From: Abditibacterium sp. | GTDB taxonomy: Bacteria; Armatimonadota; Abditibacteriia; Abditibacteriales; Abditibacteriaceae | Length of the DNA: 64,000 nucleotides | NCBI GenBank assembly: GCA_965199495.1 | Contig: CBDASK010000003.1 | Span: forward strand, 192,001-256,000 | Direction of reading: 5' to 3' | In this document: positions 51,977 through 61,740 of the stretch, piece by piece | Numbering within the stretch: position 1 is the first letter of the stretch | Layout: every line of letters begins with the position of its first letter | The notes under the pieces: model-generated | The model's input: the letters and a program-made list of their open reading frames with translations, nothing else | Database searches by the model: none | Told to the model about the DNA's origin: nothing | Program-made: the position numbers and the translations under genes

Positions 51977-52555
51977 TTGTCCCCTACTCTTTTAAATCGA
52001 AACCGCCCGCGCGAAATCCTCGCATTGCTTCCACTGGGCGCCCTCTGCGGCGCAATTTTCGGCGTTACTACCAATGCCATCAACGGTTGGATTAGCCCAG
52101 AATATTTCCAGACGATAAGGAAAGGCCCTCTGCCGCAGGGTTCTGTAATTTGGGTGCCGTCCATCGGTCAAGGATTTTCTAAGGGTGCTCTGCTGGGCGC
52201 GGTCTGCGGCCTGATTCTGATGATCTACATTGGACTTGTCTCACATCTCCGTTCACCTTTGAAGTTCAGTGCAAAAACATTATTTGAAACGCTGGCTCTC
52301 ACCCTATCATTGTGGGTCATCGGCGGCATCAACGCGATATTACTGGCGCTCTTTGTCCCGCAGTTCTACGATTTTTTCATAGGCTTACCCACATCAATCC
52401 CGGACACCATTAATTTTGCATGGGTTCAAGGTTCGATGGTGGGCGCGCAATGGGGAGGCTTACTCGCAGTTTGCATCGCGTGCGCTCGTTTTGGCGCGCG
52501 CTGGAAACGATTGACGAAAGCCGCCGAAAGCGAGAATTCCGATCATTCCAAATAA
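51977..52555 (+). CDS. four-TM membrane hypothetical protein
   Basis: Four hydrophobic segments; ISPEYF motif. Confidence 0.7.
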   Translation: MSPTLLNRNRPREILALLPLGALCGAIFGVTTNAINGWISPEYFQTIRKGPLPQGSVIWVPSIGQGFSKGALLGAVCGLILMIYIGLVSHLRSPLKFSAKTLFETLALTLSLWVIGGINAILLALFVPQFYDFFIGLPTSIPDTINFAWVQGSMVGAQWGGLLAVCIACARFGARWKRLTKAAESENSDHSK

Positions 52556-52570
52556 TTTGCGCAATTGCCC

Positions 52571-52599
52571 TTGACGCCGCTCTCCAATTTTGCTAATAT
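52571..52599 (+). promoter_or_regulatory. sigma70-type promoter of the tRNA gene
   Basis: TTGACG-17nt-TAATAT with TG extension. Confidence 0.7.
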
Positions 52600-52635
52600 T
52601 TATCGGGCAATTCGCCAGCGACTTGCATTTTTCGA

Positions 52636-52708
52636 GGATCGGTAGCTCAGTTGGTAGAGCAGGGGACTTTTAATCCCAAGGTCACAGGTTCGATCCCTGT
52701 CCGGTCTA
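52636..52708 (+). tRNA. tRNA-Lys (UUU), CCA not encoded
   Basis: Cloverleaf: acceptor GGATCGG/CCGGTCT, D-arm GCTC/GAGC, anticodon loop CTTTTAA, T-loop TTCGATC. Confidence 0.93.
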
Positions 52709-52714
52709 AATAAC

Positions 52715-52752
52715 AAAAAACCGCGCGCTTTTCCCAAAGCGCGCGGTTTTTT
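52715..52752. terminator. bidirectional intrinsic terminator
   Basis: A6-CCGCGCGCTTT..AAAGCGCGCGG-T6. Confidence 0.88.
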
Positions 52753-52766
52753 GCTGTGCCCTACTC

Positions 52767-53780
52767 TTACGGCTCAAAACTCACCGATTCTTTCGGCTCT
52801 TGGCCCTGCGCGAACCATTTGATGTGCCCATCAGCGAACGCGATATTCGATCCGCCCAAATGGCGATAAGCGCGCTCGTCGGCCACGCCGAAGGCGTTGC
52901 GCGTTAAATCGTTGGTCTCGTAAATCGCCACGGTTTGCGCGGGGTTATTCATTTTTGCCAAGCCCAATCCGTCCAAATTTTGATTGAGCGCATAACCGTA
53001 ATTGTCGCCATCGGGCAGCGACGGACAACGAAAAATTTGCTCGTTTTTCACATAAGGCATCACGTTATCAATCCATTTGCGCGCGGTCGGAAAAGTTTCG
53101 TTGTAATCCTGCGAATACTGCAAAATTCCCAACATCATTTGCTTGAGATTCGATTGGCAACTGCTGCGTCGCGCGTTTTCGCGTTCGCTTTGAAACGCGG
53201 CGCTGTTGGCCAAAGTCGGCGCTTCGATGCCGGTGAACTTATACCAAGCCACGTCGAGGTCTTCGCCATTCAAATCGTTCCAGCGCCCGTAAGTCGCTTT
53301 CAAATCCACGCGAAAACCACCGTCTTCGGCGATGACGACGACCGCGCGTTTGCGGGCGGGCGCGGGCGCAACTTCGACTAACGTTTGTTCACCTTCTTTG
53401 CCAACGACTTTTGCTTCGTATTGCGGCTCATCTTTTTGTTGCGCCAGCAAGACAAATAATTTCAACGCACCTTCATCTTGCCCTCCCTTAAATTCATTAG
53501 CGGCGATAGCTTCGAGTTGCGCGCGCGAAATTGAATTTAGATAAGGGCGCACCTGTTCCGAACCAAATTTTATCGAGAGGCCCGATAACGGTGCTCCCGC
53601 CGACAAGAACTGGTAAAACCGTTCCCCTGCCGCTTCGGGCGTTTTGGCGGGCGCCGGATACTCGTTCGCCGTGGCTGCATCGGCAGCCACGGCGTCTTGG
53701 GCGTGCGCGATGGGCGCATTGGCCAACACAATCGCACCGCACAGCGATAGGGTTAGTCGCAGAAATCTAAATTGGGACAT
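52767..53780 (-). CDS. secreted protein with C-terminal DUF1559 / H-X9-DG domain
   Basis: ARRSSCQSNLKQ..QYSQDY; HLGGSNIAFADGHIKW. Confidence 0.85.
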   Translation of the reverse strand: MSQFRFLRLTLSLCGAIVLANAPIAHAQDAVAADAATANEYPAPAKTPEAAGERFYQFLSAGAPLSGLSIKFGSEQVRPYLNSISRAQLEAIAANEFKGGQDEGALKLFVLLAQQKDEPQYEAKVVGKEGEQTLVEVAPAPARKRAVVVIAEDGGFRVDLKATYGRWNDLNGEDLDVAWYKFTGIEAPTLANSAAFQSERENARRSSCQSNLKQMMLGILQYSQDYNETFPTARKWIDNVMPYVKNEQIFRCPSLPDGDNYGYALNQNLDGLGLAKMNNPAQTVAIYETNDLTRNAFGVADERAYRHLGGSNIAFADGHIKWFAQGQEPKESVSFEP

Positions 53781-54093
53781 GGGCGTGGAGAATTTTACAT
53801 CAAATGAGACGATTTGAACCAATCCGAAAGTTCGATGGCACCGCCGACTTTTTTAACGCTCTTTCCACACCACACGATAGGGCAAATGCGTCCATGCGGC
53901 GGCGAACTCCGCGCTGATGGTGACTGTTGGCCGACATCAAACAAATCAGCAAGCAGTGAACAACCCAAATTGCGTTAGGATGCGGCGACCCGATTTGCTG
54001 ACGCGCGGTTCAGGGGCGAGACCTAATTCCCAAATAGATAATAACGCGCGTCGCCCTTCTTCTAAACTTCACTCACATTTTTCTTTCAACCCA

Positions 54094-57000
54094 ATGAAAT
54101 TTATTCTTCCGCTCGCCATCGTCGTCTGTGCCCTGCCCGCTCGCGCGCAAAATCCGCTTGTCGTGCGCGTTCTCGACGAAAGCGGTCAGCCCGTCGCGGG
54201 CGCGCTTGTCGCGGCGCAAACTTACGAAAAAGACGCGCCCAAAACCGCGACGCAAACGACCGATGCCAGTGGCCAAGCGAATTTTTCGTTGCCCAATCAA
54301 GCCGACGGCAAACCGACGACAGCCACCGTCACGGCGGGCGCCAGAGGTTATAGTTTCAGCGCGTCCAGTGGCGCGAATAAGTCGGTCGAAATCCGATTGA
54401 CGCGCGGACAGATTTGGCGCGGCAAAGTTGTGGACGAGAAAGGCGCGCCGCTCGCAAACGCGCAAATCGTGATTAACGGCGCAATGAAATTCATGGATTT
54501 CGGAGGCGCGATTTTCATCGAAAGCGACGCGATAAAAGCGCTTTACAGCGCCCAGTCCAAAGCCGATGGCACGTTTGAAATCGCCGGTTTGCCCGCGAAT
54601 AAACAATTGTTCTATCGCGTGTCGTTGCCGGGCTTCGCTCCGGTAAAAGAGCAAGACGGGCGCGTAGATAAACCCGAAACTTTCAAATTAGTGCGCAGTG
54701 GAGCTTTGCGCGGGCGGGCACTGGGCATCGCGGGCGAGCCGTTGGCGGGCGTTCAGGTTTTCGCGACTTCTCGGACGACTTCATCAATGGAAGTCAGCGA
54801 TGAAGTCAAAACCGATGCGGAGGGCGCTTTTACCCTCAGCGGTTTGCCGCCCGGCGACTATGAATTGCACGGGACTTTGAGGGACAAAATGCCGTTTTTG
54901 TTATTGAATCTCAAAGATGTGCGTGTTGTGGCGGGACAGACAGCCACGGCGGGCGAATGGCGAGCGATTAAAGGCGTCGAGATTCGCGGTTTCGTGTTCG
55001 ATAGCCTCACCAAAAAGCCGATTGAGAACGCCATTTTTTCCGCGCAAACCAAAGCCGACGAGAAAAGCGGCAGCGATTCGGCGTGGGCGACCAGCGATGC
55101 CACCGGGCACTTCGTTTTGCACGTTTTGCCCGGTGATTATCGCGTGCGCGTTGGTGGCAACGCGCCCGGTTATTTGAGTGCGCCGACGATTCGGAGCGCG
55201 CAACCCAAAGCAGGCGCGCCCGCGCAGGTGAGTTTCGAGCTGCAAAGCGCGCCGATTGTGCGCGGCATCACGCGCGACGAAAAAGGCGCGCCCCTCCAAG
55301 CGCAACTGCTCGTCGGCACGTTTGGCCAACCGCTCGAAACCGACGCGCAGGGCAAATGGCAATATACGCCCTTCAATGCGAGCGCCATTACTTTTGGCGG
55401 CGGCGAAGACGACGACGGATATTTCGAGATTATCTCGCCCAAACGCGTGGACTTTCCTGCCAAAGGCCCGATTGTGGTGACGGTGCGCCGCCATGCGTGG
55501 CAACAATTGGCGGGCCGCGTCGTCACGCCCGACGGCGCGCCGATTGAGGGCGCGACGGTCAAAGCGACTTTTACCGTGATGACCAGCGACCGCAACGGTC
55601 GCGGCGCGCAGAGCAGCGCGCTGAGCGACCAAGACGGCCGCTATGTTTTGCGGCGTCTGCGCGATTCGCGTCAGCCCTATGTGACGAACAGCGAAATCAA
55701 AGTTTCGGCCAAAAAAGACGGTTACGATTTTGAGAGCGGCGGCAAAGTCACGCGCGAAGGCATCGAGCCGCGCGTCAGCGATCTGGTTTTGGTACCGCTT
55801 TCGGTAAAAATCAGCGGCGTAACTTCGGCGGGCGCCGATGTCGTCGTCGCGGGCCGCCAAACGCGAGCCGACGACGCGGGCCGTTTCAGTTTCGAGTCGA
55901 TTCCGGCGGGCGAAAACCGCGTTTACGCCGCCAAAGGCGATTTGTTTGGCAGCGCGCCCGCGTCGCAATCGCCGCTCGAAATCGCGTTGTCGCGCCCGCA
56001 AGCGCAACCGCGCGACGAAGTTTTGGCGCGCGAAGTGTGGGCCAATAATGTCGCTGCACAGACCGACCAAAGCACGCTTGATTTGGATCAATGGTCGCAA
56101 AGCAGCGATTTTGCGGGAAAGTTGCGCGTCGCACAACGGAGCGGCAATCCGTGGCAAATCGGCGCCGCGCTGGGGCGTCTGAAGCCGACCGATTCGCCCG
56201 CAGCGCAGGCGATTGCGCGCGAAACTTTGAACGAAATGGCACCTTCGGAGGCGCGGACGGGCGCGTTTTTGGAAATCGCGCTTTCGAGCGGCGACGCCGC
56301 GTTGACCGACCGCGCGCTCGAACTCGCCAACGCGCAATTTGAAGAACAGACGAAGGACAGCCAATCGCGCGAAGCCCAGCTTTATCAAGCCGCCGTTTTG
56401 ACCGAGCGCCGCGACGGCGCACAGGCGGGCGCGCTGGTTTTGCGCCGCGCGCTGGCTTACACGTTGCGCAATCATCCCGAACAATCGCGCGTGGAAGGCG
56501 GCTATCAAACCGCCGTCGGGCGCAACGAAACGCTGGGCCGCATCGCCGCCCCGATTGTCGCGCAGGGTTCGCCCGCGATGCTGCGCGAACTGCTGGAAAC
56601 CATCGAACCCGCTTCGGGCTTCGCGGTTATGGCGCGCCTCGAAGCGATTCCGGTCATCGCGCGCGTTCACGGATATAAAGCCGCCGCGCCAGTGTTGGAA
56701 GAGTTGCGCCAACTGCCAGCGCCCGCAGCCGAAGGTGAAATGGGTTATCGCGGTTTCGATGCGAATTGGGCTTATCGTCAGGCGATTGGCGACATTATCC
56801 CAATCATCGGGCCAACCGATGCAGCCACGGCGCTGGCGCTGGCAGATAAAGTCGAGGGCGACGACGAACAACGCGGGCGGGCGTTGGCGAGCGCGGCGCG
56901 TTTCCAGTCGCTCGCCGTGGCTGCTCCGTTGTTGAGGGAAGCCGCCGAGAAAATCGACGTCGAAAACGCGCCGCGCGTGGCCGCGTATGCCTACGAGCGC

Positions 57001-57408
57001 GACGAAAAACTGGGCTTGGAATTGTTTGAAATCGCGCGCCGACACATCGAAACCGAGATGAAAGACCCGATCAACGAGCGCAATTTATGGATCGGTTTCG
57101 CGTTTTCTTACGCGCGCGCCAACCCGGCGCAGTCGCGCTTGATTTTAGAACGCGAGTGGGCTTCGAGCCTTCAGAAAAAAATCGAAGCCGACGATTTGTC
57201 CCTCATCGCCCGCGCGATGGCGCCCGTTGACGCCCGTCGCGCGACGGAAATGGCGCGCCAATTGTCGGCGCAAAGCAAAAATTGGGCGACAGAAGCGCAA
57301 ATCAAAATCGCGCGCTATTTGGTGGCCGACGAAGCGACGCGACGAGATTTCGTCCTCGATCCCAACAGCCCCGACGCGCCGTGGAACGCAGGCGAATTGC
57401 AATGGTGA
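54094..57408 (+). CDS. large secreted protein with repeated carboxypeptidase-regulatory-like domains and a helical C-terminal half
   Basis: Repeated G.V.D..G.P..GA.V ... TD..G.F modules; signal peptide. Confidence 0.8.
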   Translation: MKFILPLAIVVCALPARAQNPLVVRVLDESGQPVAGALVAAQTYEKDAPKTATQTTDASGQANFSLPNQADGKPTTATVTAGARGYSFSASSGANKSVEIRLTRGQIWRGKVVDEKGAPLANAQIVINGAMKFMDFGGAIFIESDAIKALYSAQSKADGTFEIAGLPANKQLFYRVSLPGFAPVKEQDGRVDKPETFKLVRSGALRGRALGIAGEPLAGVQVFATSRTTSSMEVSDEVKTDAEGAFTLSGLPPGDYELHGTLRDKMPFLLLNLKDVRVVAGQTATAGEWRAIKGVEIRGFVFDSLTKKPIENAIFSAQTKADEKSGSDSAWATSDATGHFVLHVLPGDYRVRVGGNAPGYLSAPTIRSAQPKAGAPAQVSFELQSAPIVRGITRDEKGAPLQAQLLVGTFGQPLETDAQGKWQYTPFNASAITFGGGEDDDGYFEIISPKRVDFPAKGPIVVTVRRHAWQQLAGRVVTPDGAPIEGATVKATFTVMTSDRNGRGAQSSALSDQDGRYVLRRLRDSRQPYVTNSEIKVSAKKDGYDFESGGKVTREGIEPRVSDLVLVPLSVKISGVTSAGADVVVAGRQTRADDAGRFSFESIPAGENRVYAAKGDLFGSAPASQSPLEIALSRPQAQPRDEVLAREVWANNVAAQTDQSTLDLDQWSQSSDFAGKLRVAQRSGNPWQIGAALGRLKPTDSPAAQAIARETLNEMAPSEARTGAFLEIALSSGDAALTDRALELANAQFEEQTKDSQSREAQLYQAAVLTERRDGAQAGALVLRRALAYTLRNHPEQSRVEGGYQTAVGRNETLGRIAAPIVAQGSPAMLRELLETIEPASGFAVMARLEAIPVIARVHGYKAAAPVLEELRQLPAPAAEGEMGYRGFDANWAYRQAIGDIIPIIGPTDAATALALADKVEGDDEQRGRALASAARFQSLAVAAPLLREAAEKIDVENAPRVAAYAYERDEKLGLELFEIARRHIETEMKDPINERNLWIGFAFSYARANPAQSRLILEREWASSLQKKIEADDLSLIARAMAPVDARRATEMARQLSAQSKNWATEAQIKIARYLVADEATRRDFVLDPNSPDAPWNAGELQW

Positions 57409-57419
57409 AAACGAAGGCA

Positions 57420-57544
57420 AGCGAATAAATTCGCGGCAACGCAGGGCAAAGGCCGTCTGCGCGAACTGGAATTGGAACCCTAAAGATTTCGCCCGCAGTC
57501 TGCGCAGGCAGACATTGCCCTGCGTTGCCGCGAATTTATTCGCT
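57420..57544. repeat. palindromic element, GCGAATAAATTCGC family
   Basis: AGCGAATAAATTCGCGGCAACGCAGGGCAA arms; related to 8511-8639. Confidence 0.92.
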
Positions 57545-58003
57545 CGCTTTGCCCCAGCCCAGCGCCAGAGCTAACAAGACGTAAACCGCGAATAATCCCC
57601 TATTCGATAATTTGGTTTCAAACCCCGGCTTGTAACGCTGCGGCGCTAATTTGAAATCCACGACGTAAGCGAGGGCCGAAACCAGAAAACCGCCCGCCAG
57701 CGAAACACCCCATTTTCCTTGGTCGCGCGCGCGGCCAAAAATCCATTCGTGCAACAGCGCCCAACTCGTGACGGAAACCTGATTGAGCACCAAAGCCGCG
57801 CCAGTATATTTGAGCGAAAGTTCGCTCTGCTCCAAACCTTCGTCGCCCCACGCGATATGCGAAACCGTATTAATCGCCGCCAAACCGTCGCGATTTTCGA
57901 GTTGGCCCATAACAGCCACGGCGGCGGCGGCGCTGATGGCGACGAGTTGCGAACGCACGGCGCCATCGCGCAGAGTTTGAAACGGAGATTTGAGAAAGCT
58001 CAT
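57536..58003 (-). CDS. membrane hypothetical protein
   Basis: INTVSHIAWGD, LAYVVDF..P.R.KPGFE..LS; stop codon lies inside the repeat arm. Confidence 0.75.
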   Translation of the reverse strand: MSFLKSPFQTLRDGAVRSQLVAISAAAAVAVMGQLENRDGLAAINTVSHIAWGDEGLEQSELSLKYTGAALVLNQVSVTSWALLHEWIFGRARDQGKWGVSLAGGFLVSALAYVVDFKLAPQRYKPGFETKLSNRGLFAVYVLLALALGWGKASE

Positions 58004-58050
58004 TGGAATAGTTGCGATTCATCGAGAATCGTGCCCGAATAATTGACGCG

Positions 58051-58090
58051 AAAAAGCCCGCGAACGCCATTGGCATTCGCGGGCTTTTTT
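58051..58090. terminator. intrinsic terminator
   Basis: A5-GCCCGCGAA..TTCGCGGGC-T6. Confidence 0.8.
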
Positions 58091-58100
58091 GTGTTTCGAT

Positions 58101-58622
58101 TTACATGGCGGCGCTGCGAGCGCCATAGTTGGAAAGCACGTCTTTGACGGCGCTTTCGTTAAGGCCAGTCGTGTCAATCGCGACGAGGGTGCTGCCACCC
58201 TCGATGGCTTGGCCGTAATAGTTGGACTCGTGTTCGTCGTAACCAGCGTTAGCCAGCGCGCTGGCAATTAAACCGGTCGTGCCGCCCACAACCGCACCAG
58301 CCACGGCGCCGCCGCCGACGGCGCCCAAGGCCGTCGAAAGCAACGTGCCCGCCGTGATGAACGGGCCAACGCCCGGAATCAAAGCCGCCGCGATGCCGAA
58401 CAACGCGCCGACCCCCATACCCGCCACGGTGCCTTTGGCCACGTCGCCGCCATCGTGTTCCACAACGGTGTCATTGCCCGCGACAGCGCCACCATTGCCC
58501 TGACGCGCGATGATGGACATCTGGGAATCGTTTACGCCCAATTGGCGCAGTTCGTTCACGGCAGCCTCAGCGTGCGCGCGGTCGTCAAAAAGAACCGTCA
58601 TGCGGTTTGTCATTGAATTCAT
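58101..58622 (-). CDS. general stress protein-like, Gly-zipper membrane protein
   Basis: AEAAVNELRQLG, LIPGVGPFITAG, Y...IEGG..LV. Confidence 0.75.
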   Translation of the reverse strand: MNSMTNRMTVLFDDRAHAEAAVNELRQLGVNDSQMSIIARQGNGGAVAGNDTVVEHDGGDVAKGTVAGMGVGALFGIAAALIPGVGPFITAGTLLSTALGAVGGGAVAGAVVGGTTGLIASALANAGYDEHESNYYGQAIEGGSTLVAIDTTGLNESAVKDVLSNYGARSAAM

Positions 58623-58741
58623 AGTTTTGTTTTCCTTGGCTTCAAAATGAAGCTGGGGCCATTCATAAGCAATAACTATTCCTAAACTCAAAATAACGGT
58701 GTGGGAATTCCCTGCTTAGCCATGAGAGTTTTCTTTAGAGC

Positions 58742-59734
58742 TTAATTTTCAACCAACGGTTTGAACATCCATTGGCTTGCGGGAACCTCGCCTTCGATTA
58801 TTTGGCCGTCGCGTTTGACGGGGAAACGGACGGACATTATGTCCGCATCGTCATAACGAAAAGTTTCCGAGACCCACGGATCCGCAAACACTTCCTCATT
58901 GGGATTCTCGCTCCATGTAAAGCGCACTCTGGTGTTGCGATAGGGAATCGGCACGGGCGCGCTGTTGGTTTCAAAGCCGTCAAAACCTTTGGAGGTATAG
59001 CTAAATATCGCGTTTTTGCGGATGGGAATGCCATCAGCATCGGTAAATTCTACTGAGCGTTCAAGCTCTGGCTTCCCAGCGCGCGCCAAACGTCCCGCGA
59101 CCATAATGTCGGCGCCATATTTGATTTCGCGCGATGGAACATTCATATCGAAACCGAGGCGAAACACGCGCACCCACTTCACCCAGACCGAAGGCGTGGG
59201 CGCGACGAGTTGGGCGTCGGCGTAACCTTTGGGCGGACGCGCACCGAATGCCACGGTAAATGGTAAATTGGTCTGCGCGGTAATCGGAGCATTGATTTCC
59301 GTCTGATCGCGAAAAATGATGGGCAAATTTCCGGCGTAATTGAGCGCGACACTTTGGGGCCAAAATTTGCTTTTTATCGGCGCTCGCACGCGCACGGTGT
59401 AAAGTCCCAACGATTCGTTCCAGCGCGGTGTGTAAGCCGTAGAATAAATCATTTCGAGTTCGCTCGTTTGTCCGGCTTTGGTCTGCGTTAAACGCGCCTG
59501 GAAATCTTCGGGCTTGCCGCTGTTCGTGACGAAATCGCGGCCCCACCACGCCGGGCGCGGATTGGCGCCAATGAAAAAGTCCAAACCGATCATGCTATTT
59601 TTGGGTTCGCCAGCGGATTCCTGCGTGACGGGCATCGCGTCCACGATATAGAATCGCGGTTCTGCCGCGTGGGCGTGGCTGGTAGTGGCGCACAGCAGAC
59701 AAAGCGTAATGAGAAGCCTCAAAAATATTTTCAT
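58742..59734 (-). CDS. secreted hypothetical protein
   Basis: Signal peptide ending HAHA-A; 330-aa ORF. Confidence 0.7.
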   Translation of the reverse strand: MKIFLRLLITLCLLCATTSHAHAAEPRFYIVDAMPVTQESAGEPKNSMIGLDFFIGANPRPAWWGRDFVTNSGKPEDFQARLTQTKAGQTSELEMIYSTAYTPRWNESLGLYTVRVRAPIKSKFWPQSVALNYAGNLPIIFRDQTEINAPITAQTNLPFTVAFGARPPKGYADAQLVAPTPSVWVKWVRVFRLGFDMNVPSREIKYGADIMVAGRLARAGKPELERSVEFTDADGIPIRKNAIFSYTSKGFDGFETNSAPVPIPYRNTRVRFTWSENPNEEVFADPWVSETFRYDDADIMSVRFPVKRDGQIIEGEVPASQWMFKPLVEN

Positions 59735-59778
59735 TTTAATGGTGTTAAATATGGAAATTGAATTTAGAATTGACGCAG

Positions 59779-59926
59779 TTTTGCGTCTGTCATTCTGAGC
59801 GCAGTGAGGCACGAACGTAGTCGAAGAATCCATAGGTCGCGTGTCGACTGAGCTTTATCTTCGTCCAGAGTTGTGGTTCTTCGACTACTTTCGTGCCTCA
59901 TTGCGCTCAGAATGACAGACGCAAAA
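59779..59926. repeat. palindromic element, GTCATT...AATGAC family
   Basis: TTTTGCGTCTGTCATTCTGAGCGCA.TGAGGCACGAA.GTAGTCGAAGAA arms. Confidence 0.92.
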
Positions 59927-59928
59927 AG

Positions 59929-61050
59929 TTACGCATTCTTCAAATTTTCCGGGTTCAAGCCCTGCAACCGTTCCGGCACGAACAGACCATCTTTGCGAAT
60001 CAGTTCGCCATCGAAGAAGATTTCGCCGCCACCGAAATCGGGGCGCTGAATGCAAACCATGTCCCAATGCACTTCGCTGCGGTTGCCGTTGTCGGCCTGT
60101 TCGTAGGCCTGGCCGGGCGTGAAATGAAAACTGCCCGCGATTTTCTCGTCGAACAAAATATCTTTCATCGGCTGCAAAATGAAGGGATTATAGGCCAGCG
60201 ACCATTCGCCGATGTAGCGCGCGCCTTCGTCGGTATCGAGCGTTTCGTTGAGCTTTGCGGTTTGCGAACTCGTCGCCTCGACGATTTTGCCGTCTTTGAA
60301 AACCAACCGCACGTTTTCATGCGTCACGCCGTGATCAATCGTCGGCGTATTGTATTGCAAAATTCCGTTCACGCTGTCTTTGACAGGCGCGGTAAAACAC
60401 TCGCCATCGGGCACGTTGTGCGTGCCGTTGCAGGGAATCACGCCGATGTCTTTGATGCTAAATTCGAGTTCTGTGCCCGGCCCAACGATGCGCACCCTAT
60501 CCGCTTGTTCCATGCGCTCGACCAGAGGTTTGACGGCCTGCGCCATGCGCATGTAATCGAAGGTGCAGACTTGAAAATAAAAATCTTCAAACGCTTCGGT
60601 GGACATCTGCGCGTCTTGCGCCATCGAAGGTGACGGATAGCGCAACACGCACCATTTGGTGTGTTTGACGCGCTGCTCCATGTGAACCGGATGCACCCAA
60701 TTTTTGGTGTAGAGTTTCATTTGGTCGCCCGGCACATCAGACAATTCGGCGGAATTGTCGGCGCCGCGAATCGCGATATAGGCTTGCATCTGCTGCATCT
60801 GATGAAGAGCCACGGCGCCGTTGAGCTGCATACTTTCGGGCGTTGCGGCGTGCAAAAGCGCGCGCGAAACGGCGCTTTGGCGCGTGTTCACCACGGGATT
60901 GCCGCCCGCTTTAGCGGCGGCGCGCACGATAGCGATGGTAAGTTCGGGCGGCACATCGGTCGCGTCAATGAGGATGTTTTCGCCCGGCTGCAAGCTGGTC
61001 GAATGCGAAATCAAAAGGTCGGCGAGTTGGTCGAATCTGGGGTCTTTCAT
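59929..61050 (-). CDS. M29 aminopeptidase (AmpS/AmpT family)
   Basis: NVPDGECFTAP, DEGARYIGE, LFDEKIAGSFH, HWDMV. Confidence 0.93.
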   Translation of the reverse strand: MKDPRFDQLADLLISHSTSLQPGENILIDATDVPPELTIAIVRAAAKAGGNPVVNTRQSAVSRALLHAATPESMQLNGAVALHQMQQMQAYIAIRGADNSAELSDVPGDQMKLYTKNWVHPVHMEQRVKHTKWCVLRYPSPSMAQDAQMSTEAFEDFYFQVCTFDYMRMAQAVKPLVERMEQADRVRIVGPGTELEFSIKDIGVIPCNGTHNVPDGECFTAPVKDSVNGILQYNTPTIDHGVTHENVRLVFKDGKIVEATSSQTAKLNETLDTDEGARYIGEWSLAYNPFILQPMKDILFDEKIAGSFHFTPGQAYEQADNGNRSEVHWDMVCIQRPDFGGGEIFFDGELIRKDGLFVPERLQGLNPENLKNA

Positions 61051-61090
61051 AATTGTTCGACAGAGAATGAGCAAAGCGTCCGCCGCAATC

Positions 61091-61231
61091 CAATAGACCT
61101 CTTGCATAAGTCAGTTTTGAGGGTGATATTGCTCTGTATCTTTTGAAGTCTGCGGGGCTGACGGCCTCTTCCAATCGGCAAAGCTCTTCGCAAGATTGCC
61201 CTCAAAGCTGACTTATACAAGAGGTCTATTG
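61091..61231. repeat. nested element: CAATAGACCTCTTG outer arms with a single inner CTCTTCCAATCGG unit
   Basis: Outer arms CAATAGACCTCTTG(C/T)ATAAGTCAG; inner GCGGGGCTGACGGCCTCTTCCAATCGG. Confidence 0.9.
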
Positions 61232-61380
61232 AAAATAGGCGATGAAGTGCGCGTTGGTTATTCTGCTTGGGTTTTCTTTGGGTAGCAAACGCTCCAACAA
61301 AAACAAAGCGGCGAGGCTATTTACGTAGTGGCGCTTTGTGGTGAAATATGTAAAACTGATAAGTAAAGCGAGGGAAAATC

Positions 61381-61644
61381 ATGGAATGTCGTTTCACCAA
61401 AAGTTCTTTTCCTTACTGCGCGACAGCGCGGGCGGCGCACGATTTGGCCGATTTACTCAAGCGCTTGCGGCCCCAAGTGCGGCCCGAAGTCGAGCAGTTG
61501 CAGTGCATCGTGGTTCACGCGCATAAGAGGTTGGACGAAGCGAAATCTTCGCCCGAAATCGCCTCGGCGTGGAATGATTTGGATGCCGCCTATCACACGT
61601 TGCACCAATTGAAACGTTGCTCGCGCGTAGGAAACGGTCTTTAA
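61381..61644 (+). CDS. small hypothetical protein
   Basis: 87 aa, SD-like GAGGGA, AT-rich upstream region. Confidence 0.5.
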   Translation: MECRFTKSSFPYCATARAAHDLADLLKRLRPQVRPEVEQLQCIVVHAHKRLDEAKSSPEIASAWNDLDAAYHTLHQLKRCSRVGNGL

Positions 61645-61740
61645 CCTTTCTAAATATCGTGAGGTTAAACCTCGGCATTGGGCGCGAATCGAATAGCCCA
61701 ACGCTCGCGTTCACACGCTTGAAATGGCGAAATTTATTCG

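Noticed and set aside
54901..57045. 714-aa minus-strand ORF and similar long antisense ORFs (14167-15150, 33317-34336, 48321-49349)
   Set aside because: Shadow frames of GC-rich genes with no recognisable motifs
52709..57408. Genomic island integrated at tRNA-Lys
   Set aside because: No integrase, no duplicated tRNA 3' end seen, host-like composition
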